Below, one piece after another: positions 21,982 through 34,583 of a stretch of DNA of 64,000 nt (position 1 is its first letter; each line of letters starts with the position of its first letter). The stretch is from Emiliania huxleyi CCMP1516. Lineage: Eukaryota. The DNA lies in assembly GCF_000372725.1 (NCBI RefSeq), contig NW_005201176.1, positions 222,038-286,037 on the forward strand, given 5' to 3'. Below the pieces are notes generated by a model. The model was not told the origin of the DNA. It searched no databases and worked only from the letters and a program-made list of their open reading frames with translations. The translations under genes and the position numbers were made by a program.

Positions 21982-24146
21982 ATGGATTCTCTCACACAAG
22001 TTGCCGCTAAGAGCTCCGAGGAGAGGCGGAACGACAAGAAGGTTGCGCTTTGGGAGTGGCTCATGTCGCAGCCCAAAGAGGTGCTCGTGGAAAGCTTGTA
22101 TCGCGGCGTGATCTCGGCGCAGCGGCTCGAGGCGATCGTCAAGCAGGAGCGCAAGGAGTGGGACCGCCAGAACAATGAGGCGCCCGCCTACAAGAATCTG
22201 CAGGTCCACGGCAGTGTCGACGGCGTCAAGATCGGCCTGAGAGTTTTCTCGAGCGACGGCAGGAAAGCAGGGAAGGTGGTCGGCTTCGAGCCGTCGCCCA
22301 CGATCTCCGTCAGTCTGCCGCTGCCGGACACTGGCGCAGTCTCCGCCGACGCTGGCGGCTCCGCCGCCGACGCCGGCTCCTCCTCCGCCGCCGACGCCGG
22401 CTCCTCCTCCGCCGCCGACGCCACCGTCGCCATCGCCGCCGCCGTTGCCCCGCTCACCACGCCCGGTGCGTTTGTCGTGCAATGGGCCTCCAAGCCGGCA
22501 GCGGCGCGCAACACGTACGATGGCGCCACGGAGAGCTTCGACCTCGCGGCGCTCAAGGATCTGACCTGGCACAAGCCTGCGACCGCCTCCAAGGCGGCAA
22601 AGGTGGAGGCGTCACCGGCTCTGCCCTCTCTGCCGCACCCCCCCTCACACCACCCACCCGCCCACCCACTCACCCTCCGCCCTTTGCTGGTCGTGGCTGC
22701 CGCGCTCCCCGCTTCTCTCACCGCCGCCGCCCAACCTCCGCTTCCCCCACCGCCGCCCCCACCGCCGCTCCCCTCACCACCACCGCCCCCACCGCCGCTT
22801 CCCTCACCGCCGCCCAGGCGGCCGAGGGCGACTGGACGAAGTGCGTCTTCGAGTCCTTCTTCGACGACGTGCGGCGGTGCGGCCAGCGGCGGGAGGGAGG
22901 GGGCGAGTCCGAGGCGGAGGAGGTGTGGCTGTGGCTCCAGCTGACGCCGCCGCTGGTCGCCGCTTTCGAGGCGATGATCCGAGCGGCGAATGCGGTCCGC
23001 ATCAACACCGGCAGCAGGTGGGACAACAAGTGGACGCCGCCGGCGCAGCTCACGCTGCTGCCCGCGACCGGCGAGGTCGAGCTCTCGATGAGCGGCATGC
23101 GCGCCGTCGTGCCCGCCCCCAGCCTCCTGCACACGCCCACCCTCGCGCGGGGCCCTCCGCCCGTGCTCACCTTCTCGGTCTCCAACCTGCTGAGCCGCAC
23201 GGAGGAGTACTGGAGTGAGATACACCTCAGCGGCCACACCGGCTGCCACACCGTGCTCGGCCCGCGGCCGGACGGGCGAGCCAAGGGGCTGGTCGGCTCC
23301 TTCCTGCGCGTCTGCGGCCCGCGCGCGAGCCCGGCGAGCGGCGGCATAGCCGACGGCGCGTCGGTTGTGAGCGACAAGTCGCTCACGACACTGACGCACC
23401 TGTACCAGCCCGCGGCGCCGCTGCTGCGCTTCTACGTCTGGGCGCTGCAGCGGCGCGGCCTCACCATCGACCTCGTGCAGAACGTGGTCCGCTTCCTGCT
23501 GCTGCGGAAGGACGACACGCTCGACGGCTGTGGGCGCCGCTACACCCACGGGCAGGGCTGGGAGCACACTCAGAAGCACACCGTCGTGAGCCGCGCAAAG
23601 CAGCGGGACGCGGTCGAGCCAGAGATCGTCGTCGCCCTCTCGCCGGCGCAGCTGAGCGCGCTCAAGCAGTCGGCGAGCCTGCTGGGCGTCGGCGCCACGC
23701 ACCACCGCGCCGCTTGGCTCCGCATGCGGCTGGAGGTGGACGAGGCGGGTGCGCCGTCCCTCCGCCTGCGGCTCTCCGTGGCATACCACCACCAGCACGA
23801 GAGGGAGTTCCCAGGACAGGTCTCCACGGCGAGCCTGACCTTCCGGCCGTCCGAGTCGTTCACAGCCAAAGCAGTCACGCGCGGACCCGGGCGCGGGGAG
23901 CGGCTCGGGCGGCCGGGCGCGGGCCGCGTCTTCGAGGCGAGCTTCAACGTCAGCGACGGCAGCGGGAGCGCCTCGCAGGCCCCTAAGAGCCCGCTCGTGG
24001 AGGCGCTCCTCAACGCGCCGCCGAAGATGCGCGCGGAGCTGCGCGTGCGCCCTGGCGCCCTCACCCTCTGGCTCGCGCTGCCCAAGGGCGGCCACATCTC
24101 GGCCGATGCGCCAGAGGGCACAGAGGGCATCGAGGAGGTGGACTAG
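21982..24146 (+). CDS. Hypothetical protein, two exons (intron ~22609-22817)
   Basis: ORFs 21823 and 22482 join through a C-rich GC-AG intron ending CCCAG; codon usage is GC3-rich; no family recognised. Confidence 0.6.
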
Positions 24147-24808
24147 GATGCGAGCATGCTCTGAGTCGGAGGCGCGGTCGCCGGAGGTCGTTGAGAAGGA
24201 AGGACGCGCGAGTGCTATCGCGTCCAACTCTCTGGCCCTTGCGTACGTATAGGACACTCTGGCCGCGGGGGAGCTCGTGCGCGAGTTTCTTCTTTTGGTG
24301 TCAGTGCCATCGCGCGCGCGACTGCCTCTAGCGCGCCGTCTCCAACGGCGTCGCCGCACTCCGCGAGTGCGGCCGTCACTTGCTGCTGGTAATCGGTCAA
24401 TGCCATCGGTTTTTTCTCGTTGTCTGGTGGCTTGGAGCCTGACGGTGAAGCCTCACTGAGAAGGCGCGTGGTAGCTTGCTTTCGGTGGTTCCGACCCTTC
24501 GACTGTGAAACCGCCTCTCGCGCTGTGGGCGCGTTTCTTCTCCTCTTGGCTAGTCACTCGCGCTGGTTCACTCCCGGGAAAGGATCCCTAGCCACCACGA
24601 GCCGAAAGCGGCAGCGAGCAGGGGCGGCGAGACGCGCAGCTAGCCTCGGGATGATCCCGCAGAGACGAAGCTGCTCCGTAATAGGATATACCATATACGA
24701 AAAAGCCGCGTACCGCCGCGTGGCTGCACCGACAGCCCGACAGACATATTGGCTAGTGCCATTTCACTGTGGCACAGCTCGCGTTACAAAACCTTGATTT
24801 GACCATTT

Positions 24809-24958
24809 GCGCAAAAAGGTACATCTCGGTGCCTTCCAGAGGCAGCTGTGACCCCGCCGAGTGGACGGGGGCACTCGGCAGGTGGCGCGGAGTGCCCCCG
24901 TCCACTTGGCGGGGTCGCAGCTGCCTCTGCGCGTCCTGGGGATGTACCTTTGTCGCGC
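24809..24958 (+). other. Long imperfect inverted repeat (hairpin)
   Basis: 40-bp arms 24837-24876 and 24890-24929, 13-nt loop; outer stem AAAGGTACATC/GATGTACCTTT. Confidence 0.85.
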
Positions 24959-25635
24959 GCCGGAGACGACTCGACGCCGCTGAGATCGGAGATCAAGCTC
25001 TGACAGGTCGCACGTCGCTCCTTTGACGCCGACGTGACTCACCCGTGCAGATCACATCAGGACACAGTCTCGACGCGCTCGGTACGACGCCTGCGACCCG
25101 TCTCGGGTCAGGTGGCACGACGCTCATCGCGCCTACCAGCGCAGTCGTGCAAGTTGACACGACGAGGTCGAGCACGCATCTATACGCTCGCCGAGCCTTC
25201 CTTTCCATCCCATTTGGCAGCCTGGGAACGGTGGCGGTCAGAGGCAAAGCATACGAGGGGTGGTGGAACCACATGTCACGGCTACTGCCGGCTCGACCCC
25301 ACGATAGCCTCCGGAGGCTGACTTTGAGGCACAATCATCGGACGACGTCGGCGAGTTGAGTCGCGCTCGCGGTAGCCAGATGACCTCTCATACTAGTATC
25401 ATCGGCCATGGCCGCAGGAAGCGCGGGGGAGGGCGCTGGGAGCAACACGGAGCTCCGTTGGACGTTTTCAAGATTAGCGTGTCAGAGTGAAATGGAACTA
25501 GCCATTCACATACATGGCTTTATACGGCAAAAGTTTTTTGTTCTTCTTTCTTGCCGGCTGTTATGTTCTTGGTCACATGGTGTTGGCTGTTGCTGAACTG
25601 CTCGTACGGGCTACAGCTTGGTATGCACTATGGGG

Positions 25636-26024
25636 CTATCCCAACATGCGTGACACCGACTTCGGAACAAAGCCTCGGCAGCAAGGGCAGGCCGTGTTGA
25701 TCGGCTCCATCCCGTGGCTCGTCTCGACGTCACTATCGTCGCTCAGCCAAGCGTGCAGGCAGCGGTAGTGGAAGAGGTTCTTGCAGCAGCGCGTGGCGCC
25801 CCAACCGTTCGGGTCACATGCCTCCGATTGCGAGCAAACCTGGTTTGTGGAGCTCCCGCAGATGTTCTGACAGAGACCTGGCCGTTCTGACATTGTACCC
25901 CTCGTTGTACCGCCGGGTGAGCTCTGGTTTCTCCTTGTCGTCGTGCACGACCGGCGCGTTGGCCGGGGCGCGCATCGCGTCCGCCCAGGCGGCGAGCTTT
26001 GTTTGTCGACTTCAGTGATTTCAT
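25636..26024 (-). pseudogene. RING-finger-like ORF, probably frameshifted or fragmentary
   Basis: TRCCKNLFHYRCLHAWL...CPCCR in ORF 25636-26097; the upstream ATG at ~26024 is in another frame. Confidence 0.45.
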
Positions 26025-26487
26025 GTTGGGTTTCAAAAATCTCGCCGTTGTGCTGGATGGACAACAAAAGCGCGTGGACAGGGTTGCCAGGCCCCAAATG
26101 ACGTGTGAGTGTGATAGTTGTTTGGTATTGCTAAAAATCTCTCTCTCTCTGGATGGACAGCTGCGCGGCTCGCGCGAGCAGACGGCGCACGCCTTACAAG
26201 CGGGGTCGTGCAGCTTCTCCATCAGGCCGTCTTCTGTGAGCTCCCCGAGTCCCCGACGGACCGGGCGAAACACGCGTCGCGCGCCGCCCGTGGCAGAAAG
26301 AAAGAAAACAGAAAACCAGGGGGGGATGGGAGGACGGCACGCCGCCACCACACAGAGATTTTAAGGAGAGGGGTGGCGGCAAAGAATTGAAAAAAAGCGG
26401 AGCCGTGTCCCATCCCTCTCGCGCGCGCTCGGGGGAGGGCGCCCTCTCCATGGCATTGCCGGCTTAGTGTTTTCGCCAAGCAGCACC

Positions 26488-27239
26488 ATGGTGAAGCTCT
26501 CTCTCGCGCCGCAGCGCGCCGGCGGTTCAGCGCTGGAAGGCGCACGCAGACACGCGGCGGGCGTGATTGCGGCCGCTCTGCTGACTGCTGCGCCGGCGTT
26601 TGTCGCGCCGCCTGCCATTGCTGCCACTGACGGCGCTGCGATCGGGTCCTGCCTCATACAGAAGGCGCCCGGCGCGCTTGCGCGGTGCGTGACGGACCCA
26701 ACCTGCTTGGCCAACCTCGCCTGCATCCAGACCTGCACCAACCGGCCGGATGAGGCCACGTGCCAGATTGCGTGCGGCGACAAGTTTGCGAACGGCGTCA
26801 CTGAGGCCTTCACAAAGGCGGCCGTCACGGAACAGAAGTGCGTGCCGCAGCGGCAGGACGACGGGTCGTGGCCGGTGCCGGCGGACAGCACGCTCGTGAC
26901 CAAATTCTCCGCCTCTGACCTCGACGGCGACTGGTACATCTCCGCTGGACTCAACAAGGTGTCTGTGTACTCTGGAATAGCAGCGGCAGCAGCAGCAGCA
27001 GCAGCAGCAGCGGCAGCAGCAGCGGCAGCAGCAGCGGCAGCAGCAGCGGCAGCAGCAGCGGCAGCAGCAGCGGCAGCAGCAGCGGCAGCAGCAGCGGCAG
27101 CAGCAGCGGCAGCAGCAGCGGCAGCAGCAGCGGCAGCAGCAGCGGCAGCAGCAGCGGCAGCAGCAGCGGCGGCAGCAGCGGCCGCCGCCGCAGCAGCAGC
27201 CGCCGCAACAGCCGTAGCAGCAGTCGTAGCAGCAGTCGT

Positions 27240-27274
<35 letters not shown>

Positions 27275-29399
27275 CAGCAGTCGTAGCAGCAGCAGCAGCA
27301 GCAGTAGTCGTAGCAGCGGCGGCGGCGGCGGCGGCGGCAGCATGCCAGCTGAGGCTCAATCGATGGCTTCATCAATTGATTCATCGTCAGGCCTTCGACA
27401 TCTTCGACTGCCAGCTGCACCGATTCAGCGCGCCGGCGCCCGACCTGCTCGTCGGGAATCTGCAGTGGCGGATCAAGGACCCGGTGGCGGGGCATGGCCA
27501 GGACACGCCCAGGACATGTCCGAGACACGTCCATAGGCGGATCAAGGACCCGGTGGCGGGGCATGGCCAGGACACGCCCAGGACATGTCCGAGACACGCA
27601 TAGGCGGATCAAGGACCCGGTGGCGGGGACGAACTTTGTGACGCGGTACACGGTGCAGACCTTCAAGCAGGACGCCAGCCGCCCCGGTGTCCTGCACAGC
27701 CGCGGTTCCAGCACGCGGCCCCTGCGGAAGTGTCCGTCACGCGCTTGAGACTTGTCGCGTAGGCATCCTGTACAACCACGACAACGAGTTCCTGCACTAC
27801 CAAGATGACTGGTGACAGACGCTGAGACAGACACACCGCGCGCCGCACACCGCGCCGCACACGCGCGCGCACGCACGCACGGCCCCATCCCGGGCGATCT
27901 CGTGTGATCTCGGCTCGCGAGGTACGTGCTCGCGAACCGACGCGCCTACGACGACGCAAAGGGCGAGGGCGGCGACGCCGCGAGTCTACCATGACCGCGT
28001 CGGTGACGCAGTTTTGCATCCACGATTAGGCAAGGGCGGCTACGTGGTGGTCTACTACCGCGGCAGCAACGACGCGTGGGACGGCTACGGCGGCGCAGTC
28101 ATCTACACGCGCGCGAAGCCGAAGCCGCGCCGAGAGGACGCGCCGGAGGTATCAGCCGAGATGAGCCGAGCTGCGCTGGGCGTGTTAGGCGCGAGCCGAA
28201 GCTGCGGCAGGAGTACGTGCCGGAGATCAGCGCGGCGCTCGACAAGGTGTGCAGTCGTGGCGGGCAGGCTTACGTACCATACCTCCAGAGTACCGAACCC
28301 AGTGTGGGGGTCGTGGGCGGTGTGGTATAGTATCGGGCAGTCTCGGGTCATCTCGGGTCATCTCGGGTGCAATAGGACACGGCAAGTAGCAGAATCTGCA
28401 CACGCTCATAAGAGGTCTGCGTGCGCCCGAATCGACCGAGACAGAGTCTAGGATGCGCTCTCAGGGCCCTACTGTGTGAATACGTATTCCACGTATTCCA
28501 AATGACCTCCAAAAGGGCCGTATTCCGTATAAAATTGCAGTTTTAGGCCGTATTCCACACGTAATCCGGAATACGTATTCCAAACGAGGCCCCAAAATGG
28601 ACGTATTCCGGTTAACATTTTCTTCGCTCCGCGAATTCACACAGTCTCACACCCCTGCTGGCTAGGTTGGCCTGCGCTGGGCCGACTTTACCGAGACGGA
28701 CAACTCGTGTAACGCTGCGGAGAGCAGACTCGAGGAGCTCGAGGCCGATTTTGTGCTCGTCGAGTCCAAGGTGGCGAGCTCGGCCGCACCTCGGCGGTTC
28801 GGCTGCATCTCGGCGATCTCCCGGCGACACCGATCGGCCACATCTCGGCTGTGGTTCGGCCACATCTCGGCTCTCAACTTCGGCGATTCTCGGCCATATC
28901 TCGGCCACATCTCGGCTCACACTTCGGCGATTCTCTATCTCGGCCACATCTCGGCTGTACCTCGTCGGAGGTGGCGGGCGGGTTCTCCACCTTCGAGAAG
29001 CTTCTCGTCGACGACGTCGTCGGGCTCGAGAAGGAGCTCGTCAAGGACGTGGTCGGGATTGAGCGCGAGATTGTCCGAGACGCGAAGCGGGTGCGACATG
29101 CCGAGATGGCCCGAGATGGCCCGAGATGGCACCGAGATGACCCGAGATGACCCGAGATGGCCCGAGATGGCCCGAGATGACCCGAGATGGCCCGAGATGA
29201 CCCGAGATGACCCGAGATGACCCGAGATGACCCGAGATTGTCCGCGACGCGAAGCGGGTGCGAGGATGCACTTCTGGACCGCTCGGAGGAACTCTCCTTG
29301 CAGGTGGAGGCCGCCCTCGAGGACGACGTCGCGGCGGTCGAGGCCGAGCTGCAGACAGCAGCACAGAAGGGCATACCGAGTCTCTTCAAGCGACGATAG
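26488..29399 (+). CDS. VDE: Violaxanthin de-epoxidase (Cys-rich, lipocalin and Glu-rich domains), about 10 exons
   Basis: [95 protein letters not shown] and an acidic C-terminus. Confidence 0.95.
26980..27341. repeat. (GCA)n / (GCAGCAGCAGCG)n microsatellite filling VDE intron 1 (26959-27390)
   Basis: Directly visible between the GT donor and the CAG acceptor. Confidence 0.95.
28471..28645. mobile_element. MITE-like element in a VDE intron
   Basis: Perfect 11-bp terminal inverted repeats ACTGTGTGAAT / ATTCACACAGT; internal CGTATTCC repeats; AT-rich. Confidence 0.65.
29100..29238. repeat. 10-bp tandem repeat (CCCGAGATGR)n in an intron
   Basis: Directly visible; the same family occurs at 28340-28367 and 30337-30370. 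Confidence 0.95.
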
Positions 29400-30440
29400 C
29401 TCGAGCTCCCGCCCCGCCGCTGCGCGCGACGACAGTACGCTTCTCCTGTCCCCCCGGCCTCCTGCCTCCGGTCTCCCGCCCCGCTCCCAACTGGATCGTC
29501 CGCATGAGGCCCCGGCGGGAGACAGACCGCATCTCTCTCTCATTCGGTTACGCTCCCACCGCGCTGTTCGGTGTATACACATGGTCAGTACTTCACTCTT
29601 CGCACAATATCGAATCGTGCTTCGTTGAAAAATTAAAACCACTCGGGGGCCACTTGGCGGAGGAGGAGGAGGAGGAGGAGGAGGTTCGGCGCAGATCCAG
29701 GCGGCGCTGACGCGTGACGGCGTCCTCCGCCCCTCTCTTCGCCGCAGCTGCACCTGCAGCCGCCGAGGCGGCGACAGCGGCGGCCACGACCCTCGCCGAC
29801 CCCGGGCCGGGCCTACCCACCTTGTGCTTCGGCTTCAGTCCGCACCCGCAGTGTGTCTCGAGAAGACGACAGACAGCGGTCTTGAGCAGGCGACCAGCTC
29901 TGCTTTGACTCCACCAGCCGCGGCCTTCGTCACTAGTACATTAACTGGAAGAGTGGATCGACCGCCAGGCCACCTGCTCTGCTTTGACTTCATCAATCGC
30001 GGCGCGTGCGCGCGGCTGCAGCGCGGCGAGACGCGTGCTGCTACCGCCACCCGCCTCATGAGTCATCACGTCTGACGCGTGCGCCAAGAAGTGATCAGGC
30101 GAGACGTGCCGCTACCGCCACCTGCCGCCAACCCACCCGGACGTGGTGGCCGACCGGATCCGGCAGGGCAAGAGGTGCAGGCCCAACGCTGCCCACACCC
30201 AACGCGATGTTGGTCCTCTAATCAGAGGTTAGTCAATGAATTCCCATCAGGCGCCGAGCACGATGCCCGCACCGGCGATGGGCAGCTACCTCGAGAGCCT
30301 CGCCCGGCGCGGGAGTTGCGACGCGCGGGTCCGCCGCGAGATCACCCGAGATCACCCGAGATGACCCGAGGTTAGGCTCGGAAGTGCGATGCATGGCTCC
30401 GCGGCGCAGCAGCTGCTGCAGAGCGACAAGCCCCAAGCGG

Positions 30441-30473
<33 letters not shown>

Positions 30474-30777
30474 GGCGGCGAGGGGGGTGGCGAGGGGGGT
30501 GGCGAGAGGGGTGGCGAGGGGGTGGAGGAGGCGAGGGCGGCGATGATGGGCGCAGCGCCGACCGCCATTCTCTCTCTCGCTCTCGCCCTCGCTACTCTCG
30601 TTCTCTCTCTCCCGCTCCCGCTCTCCCCCTCGCTCCCGCTCTCCCCCTCGCTCTCGCTCTCGCCCTCCCCCTCGCTCTCGCTCTCTCGCTCTCGCTCGTG
30701 GGCGAGGCGCGAGGAGCGGCGCGACGAGAGGAGGCCTCGCTCCTTCTCGCGCGGGAGGCGGGGCGGGAGGATGCATC

Positions 30778-31300
30778 TCCAGGTCTGGCCGCCGCAGGTA
30801 CGGCGCCGGCAGCGACAGCGGGAAGACGTCGCCGTAGAAGCACTCGGGCGGCAGCGATGCGAGCAGCACCGGCACGCCGGCGGCAACGCGGCCGCTCGGA
30901 AGCCGCCCCCCGCCTCATCGGCAAAGTTGGGGTTGGCAAACTCAAACTTGGGCGCGCCGCCGACTTCGGTGCCGGAGACAGCCGCCTTGGCCTGCTCGAA
31001 AGATTCACGCACGGTGCCGCCCTGCTGGTACGCCTCCCAGAAGCCATCTGCGCAGGCGCAACGCCGCGAGTCAAGAGTTGAGGAGGCACGCGTGCTTGTG
31101 TGTGGGCCGTGCGTGCGGGGCGCGCGAAGAGGCTCGGCGGACCTGCAAAGAGGCGCGCGGACTCGCCGCCGACCTTGGTCTCCCAGCCCACGACGGCGCC
31201 GACGCCGTTGCGCGCGAGCGCCTCGCCGAACTCTACCGACTTGCACCCGCTGATGACGACGAGCTCGAGGCGGGCGGCGCCCAGCGCGGGCCCGGCTCGG
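30778..31300 (-). pseudogene. CHAT/caspase-like C-terminal half followed by a possible NB-ARC-entry peptide; frameshift near 30910
   Basis: LELVVISGCKSVEFGEALARNGVGAVVGWETKV...ARLFA/DGFWEAYQQGGTVRESFEQAKAAV...PKFEFANP, then in another frame GRVAAGVPVLL...LPAPYLRRPDLE. Confidence 0.55.
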
Positions 31301-31398
31301 CCGACGCCCTCGGCCTGGTCGAGATCGCGCCCGTCGCGGGCGGCGCCGTGCTGGGCGCGCTGCTGCTCTCGAGAGTCGCCTGCTCCTTCGCCTCGGCG

Positions 31399-31429
<31 letters not shown>

Positions 31430-31466
31430 CCAAGCCGGCGGTGTCCGTGGAGGTGTCGCTGGGCGA

Positions 31467-31510
<44 letters not shown>

Positions 31511-31945
31511 ACTCCGACGGGCCCGGGCCGCCGTCGTTCCGCTCGGTCTCGTCGTCGCGCGACCACCCGCCTCCTTCGTGCTCAGCGAGATCGAGGGCTC
31601 CTCGTCCGCCGCCGCCTCCGCCGCCCGGCGCGCCGCCGCCGAGGAGGTCAAGGGGCGCTCCCACGCGCTGAACGTGGACCATGTGTGAGAGGGGGCGGCG
31701 GAGCAGAGGGGATTGTACGCTTGCGACTTGGGGTACGTACGTTGGTGAGTTGCCTCGTTGCCTGCCGTACCGCAGCATGCTGTATCCGTAGAAGGCTACC
31801 TCGTCTAGGTTCTGAGTTTTATCCTGTTCTGACCATCCATGCTAGCAATTCGCAGTATAGCTAGCAATTCGCAGTATAGCGGGCCTCGCAACGCGCGTCG
31901 CGCCGCGGCACACCCGTGTTCTCCGCTGTGATAAATGATGACACA

Positions 31946-32860
31946 TTACACGCAAGCCCGCTGATCTCGCACTGACAGGTTGGTTCTCATCCGCTCCCGT
32001 TTCGGCAAGCTGCAGTGCTGCTGCATGGCTCGGTTGCTCCTTGAGCAAAGCGTTCCATTTAGCTCGCCTATTTCGTGAGGCGCCCGGATGGGGCGGGTAT
32101 GCCCAAACTGCTCGTGGATGTGCGTGTGGAGGAGCGCGGCCTCGAGCGCGTCGAGATTGTACACAGAGCAGAGGTGCGGCGTTGCCCCATGTGGCGCTGA
32201 CCGTGTAGTGAGCGCCCCTAGGAGGATTGCCCTCCAGGTTTTGGACGCCTCCGGTCCGCAGCATTGCCGCAGCAGCGAGTAGAGCCGCATGTACTCAAGC
32301 AAGTGACTCAACTGAGCATTCGACAGCCGAAATATGGGCTGGAGGTCCGTGAGCAGGCCGACCCCCCGCCATGCGAGCATACTCGAGAGCTGAACGTACT
32401 CGACGCGCGCTCGAAGCTGCGACTCGACGGCCTGTGTCGTGCCGGCAACGTCGAAGCTGCCTTCACTGCCGAGCGAACTACTATTGGCGGCTGAGGCGAA
32501 GATCCATGGCCGCGCAAGATGCTTGGCCTTCGCAAGCTCTGATATCTGCCGCGGGCACCGCGGGTGGTGCGTCTTGAAGAGAGCTCGTGCACGGTGAGCA
32601 GTGACGTTGAGCAGCGTCGGTCCTGCTTTATTCGACGAGCAGCCACCGTTGTACGCGAGGTACTCGCACCTGACCTCGTCGGCCCGCTGGGGGTCTATCA
32701 GCATGAGCACAACGCACAACGCCTGGAACTGCAATGTGGAGGCGGTGCGTATCTGGCCGAACTGCAGAAGTACCGGTGGTACATCGGCCTGAAGTCCCAC
32801 CATGCAGGCGAGAAGCACGAGCGCGCGCGGGAGGGACAAGCCGATCGGCGAGCGCACGCA
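31946..32860 (-). CDS. Hypothetical secreted, sulfotransferase-like protein
   Basis: Hydrophobic leader then LQFGQIRTASTLQFQ (PAPS-binding-loop-like) and FKTH; start uncertain (ATG at 32803). Confidence 0.5.
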   Translation of the reverse strand, partial: CVRSPIGLSLPRALVLLACMVGLQADVPPVLLQFGQIRTASTLQFQALCVVLMLIDPQRADEVRCEYLAYNGGCSSNKAGPTLLNVTAHRARALFKTHHPRCPRQISELAKAKHLARPWIFASAANSSSLGSEGSFDVAGTTQAVESQLRARVEYVQLSSMLAWRGVGLLTDLQPIFRLSNAQLSHLLEYMRLYSLLRQCCGPEASKTWRAILLGALTTRSAPHGATPHLCSVYNLDALEAALLHTHIHEQFGHTRPIRAPHEIGELNGTLCSRSNRAMQQHCSLPKRERMRTNLSVRDQRACV

Positions 32861-34583
32861 GCAACGCGCGGCACTCTCGCCCCCCCTCGTCGCGCACGCG
32901 CCCCGCGCCGCACACACCCAGGCCCGCACAAACCCAGGCCTGCAGCTTCTGCCGGAGTCCTGGCGCCGCCGGCTACTTCCGTCAACGCCCAGGCCACCGC
33001 GCAACGACCGTTGTCTCCCGCCCGACCACCACTCTTTGGGTGGGTTTTACGTATAGGCACGAAGAATCAACATTGCTCATTGGGCTTTTTCAGTACGTAC
33101 TTTTAGCTTACTGGGAGAAAAGAGAGAGGGGGTCTCTCTCTCTCTCTCAGTGTATGTGGCTCTTACGTACATTCCCGTAGGAGGACTCTGCTGACAGGGT
33201 TTTCAGTGTATGTAGCTCTTACGTACGTTTTTGGCCAAAATCGACCACAACAAATCCGTAGGGTCGCTTAACGGCACCCCCGCGCGGTGCCGAGCGGCGC
33301 AGGGCCGGCCAAGGGACCAGACTGGACGGGACCGTGACCGGTTTGTAGTAGTATAACCCCCAAAACGATTTCTGACCTCTCCCGTGGCCCCGGCGGGCCC
33401 CGGCGGAGGTCCGGCGCGGCGCTCCAAATCCGCACTTCGCGAGCTTCTACGGGAGTTCACGCGGCCTCTCCGCCTCCTGAGGCACACCCCACACTCACCA
33501 CACGAGCCCTGGGGCTGTGCGCGGATCTTTGGCCGCGGCGCGCTCGACCGCCACCAGCTCGAAGCCGCGCCGCAGCAAGAGCTGCACCCAGTTGAGGGCG
33601 TGGTGGGCGCGATACTCGCTCATGAATAGAAGTGCGCCCGGACACCACGTCGAAGAAGTGCGCTAGCTTGTGCACGCACTCTGGGGGGGCGCGGGGGGGG
33701 CCGGAGGCACCGTGCGCCGCGCCGCAGTGCGGAAACGGGGCTCCGGCGCTCAGTGTCGCTCAGAGGGCAGATTTGGAGAGATCTCGAGGAGTACATACAG
33801 ATAGACCCTCCAATCATCAGAAACCTCCAACCTGATCGGTCGTACTGACCGCCGAAAAATCACTCCACTCTCCAGACAGCAGACAGGCCGAGGCGCCGAC
33901 GTCTGCACGCGGCCGGCCGGGCGAGAGGCTTGACACGATCCGACCCTGCGATCCTGACGCTGCTGCTCTAGCTATCAGACATGCACTGCTTACTGCTGCC
34001 ACAATGTGCGACTGGTGCTGGCCCACTTGGCGGCCTTGGCCGGTCAGTGGTGAGGCGCAGTTCAGAGCTGTGTCGATGGCGCGCCAGAGCCGACCATTGC
34101 GCATTGGCATTGCCATTGGCCATTGCCGCGCCCGCGGCACCGGCAGCGCGTTCGAGCCGCCGCAGACACGTCCTTTTTACTGCCGTACGGGTCTTTGTAT
34201 ACCGTAATTACAAACCAGCTCACTTTGTTAAATAAATAAATAAAAACGGACACCTCTCTACTGTGAGATGGGTAAAAAGGAACAGGCCCCCGCCCTTGCG
34301 ATCTTTGTGCAGGGTTCTTTGTGGGTGTGGTCGGCGACTAGCCGGGGTCGTCCTCCCGATGGGGGACTAGCACTAGCCGTCTTCCACATGGTCCCACTTT
34401 GTTAAAGAAATATAACTCGAGCACTTTAGCCACGGTCTCCCCACATCTCCGCCCTGTATCCCCCCCCCCCCCCCCCGCCCCCCCGGGCACGCACTACGAC
34501 GTGGCCAAGTCGGCGACGGTGGTGCCGGTGCAGGCCTGTGCGCGGCAGCTAGTCCCCCACAAAGCGGCGCGTCCAGCACCGCC

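Noticed and set aside
26361..27359. Poly-Ala / poly-Cys / poly-Leu ORFs
   Set aside because: They are translations of the (GCA)n microsatellite inside VDE intron 1.
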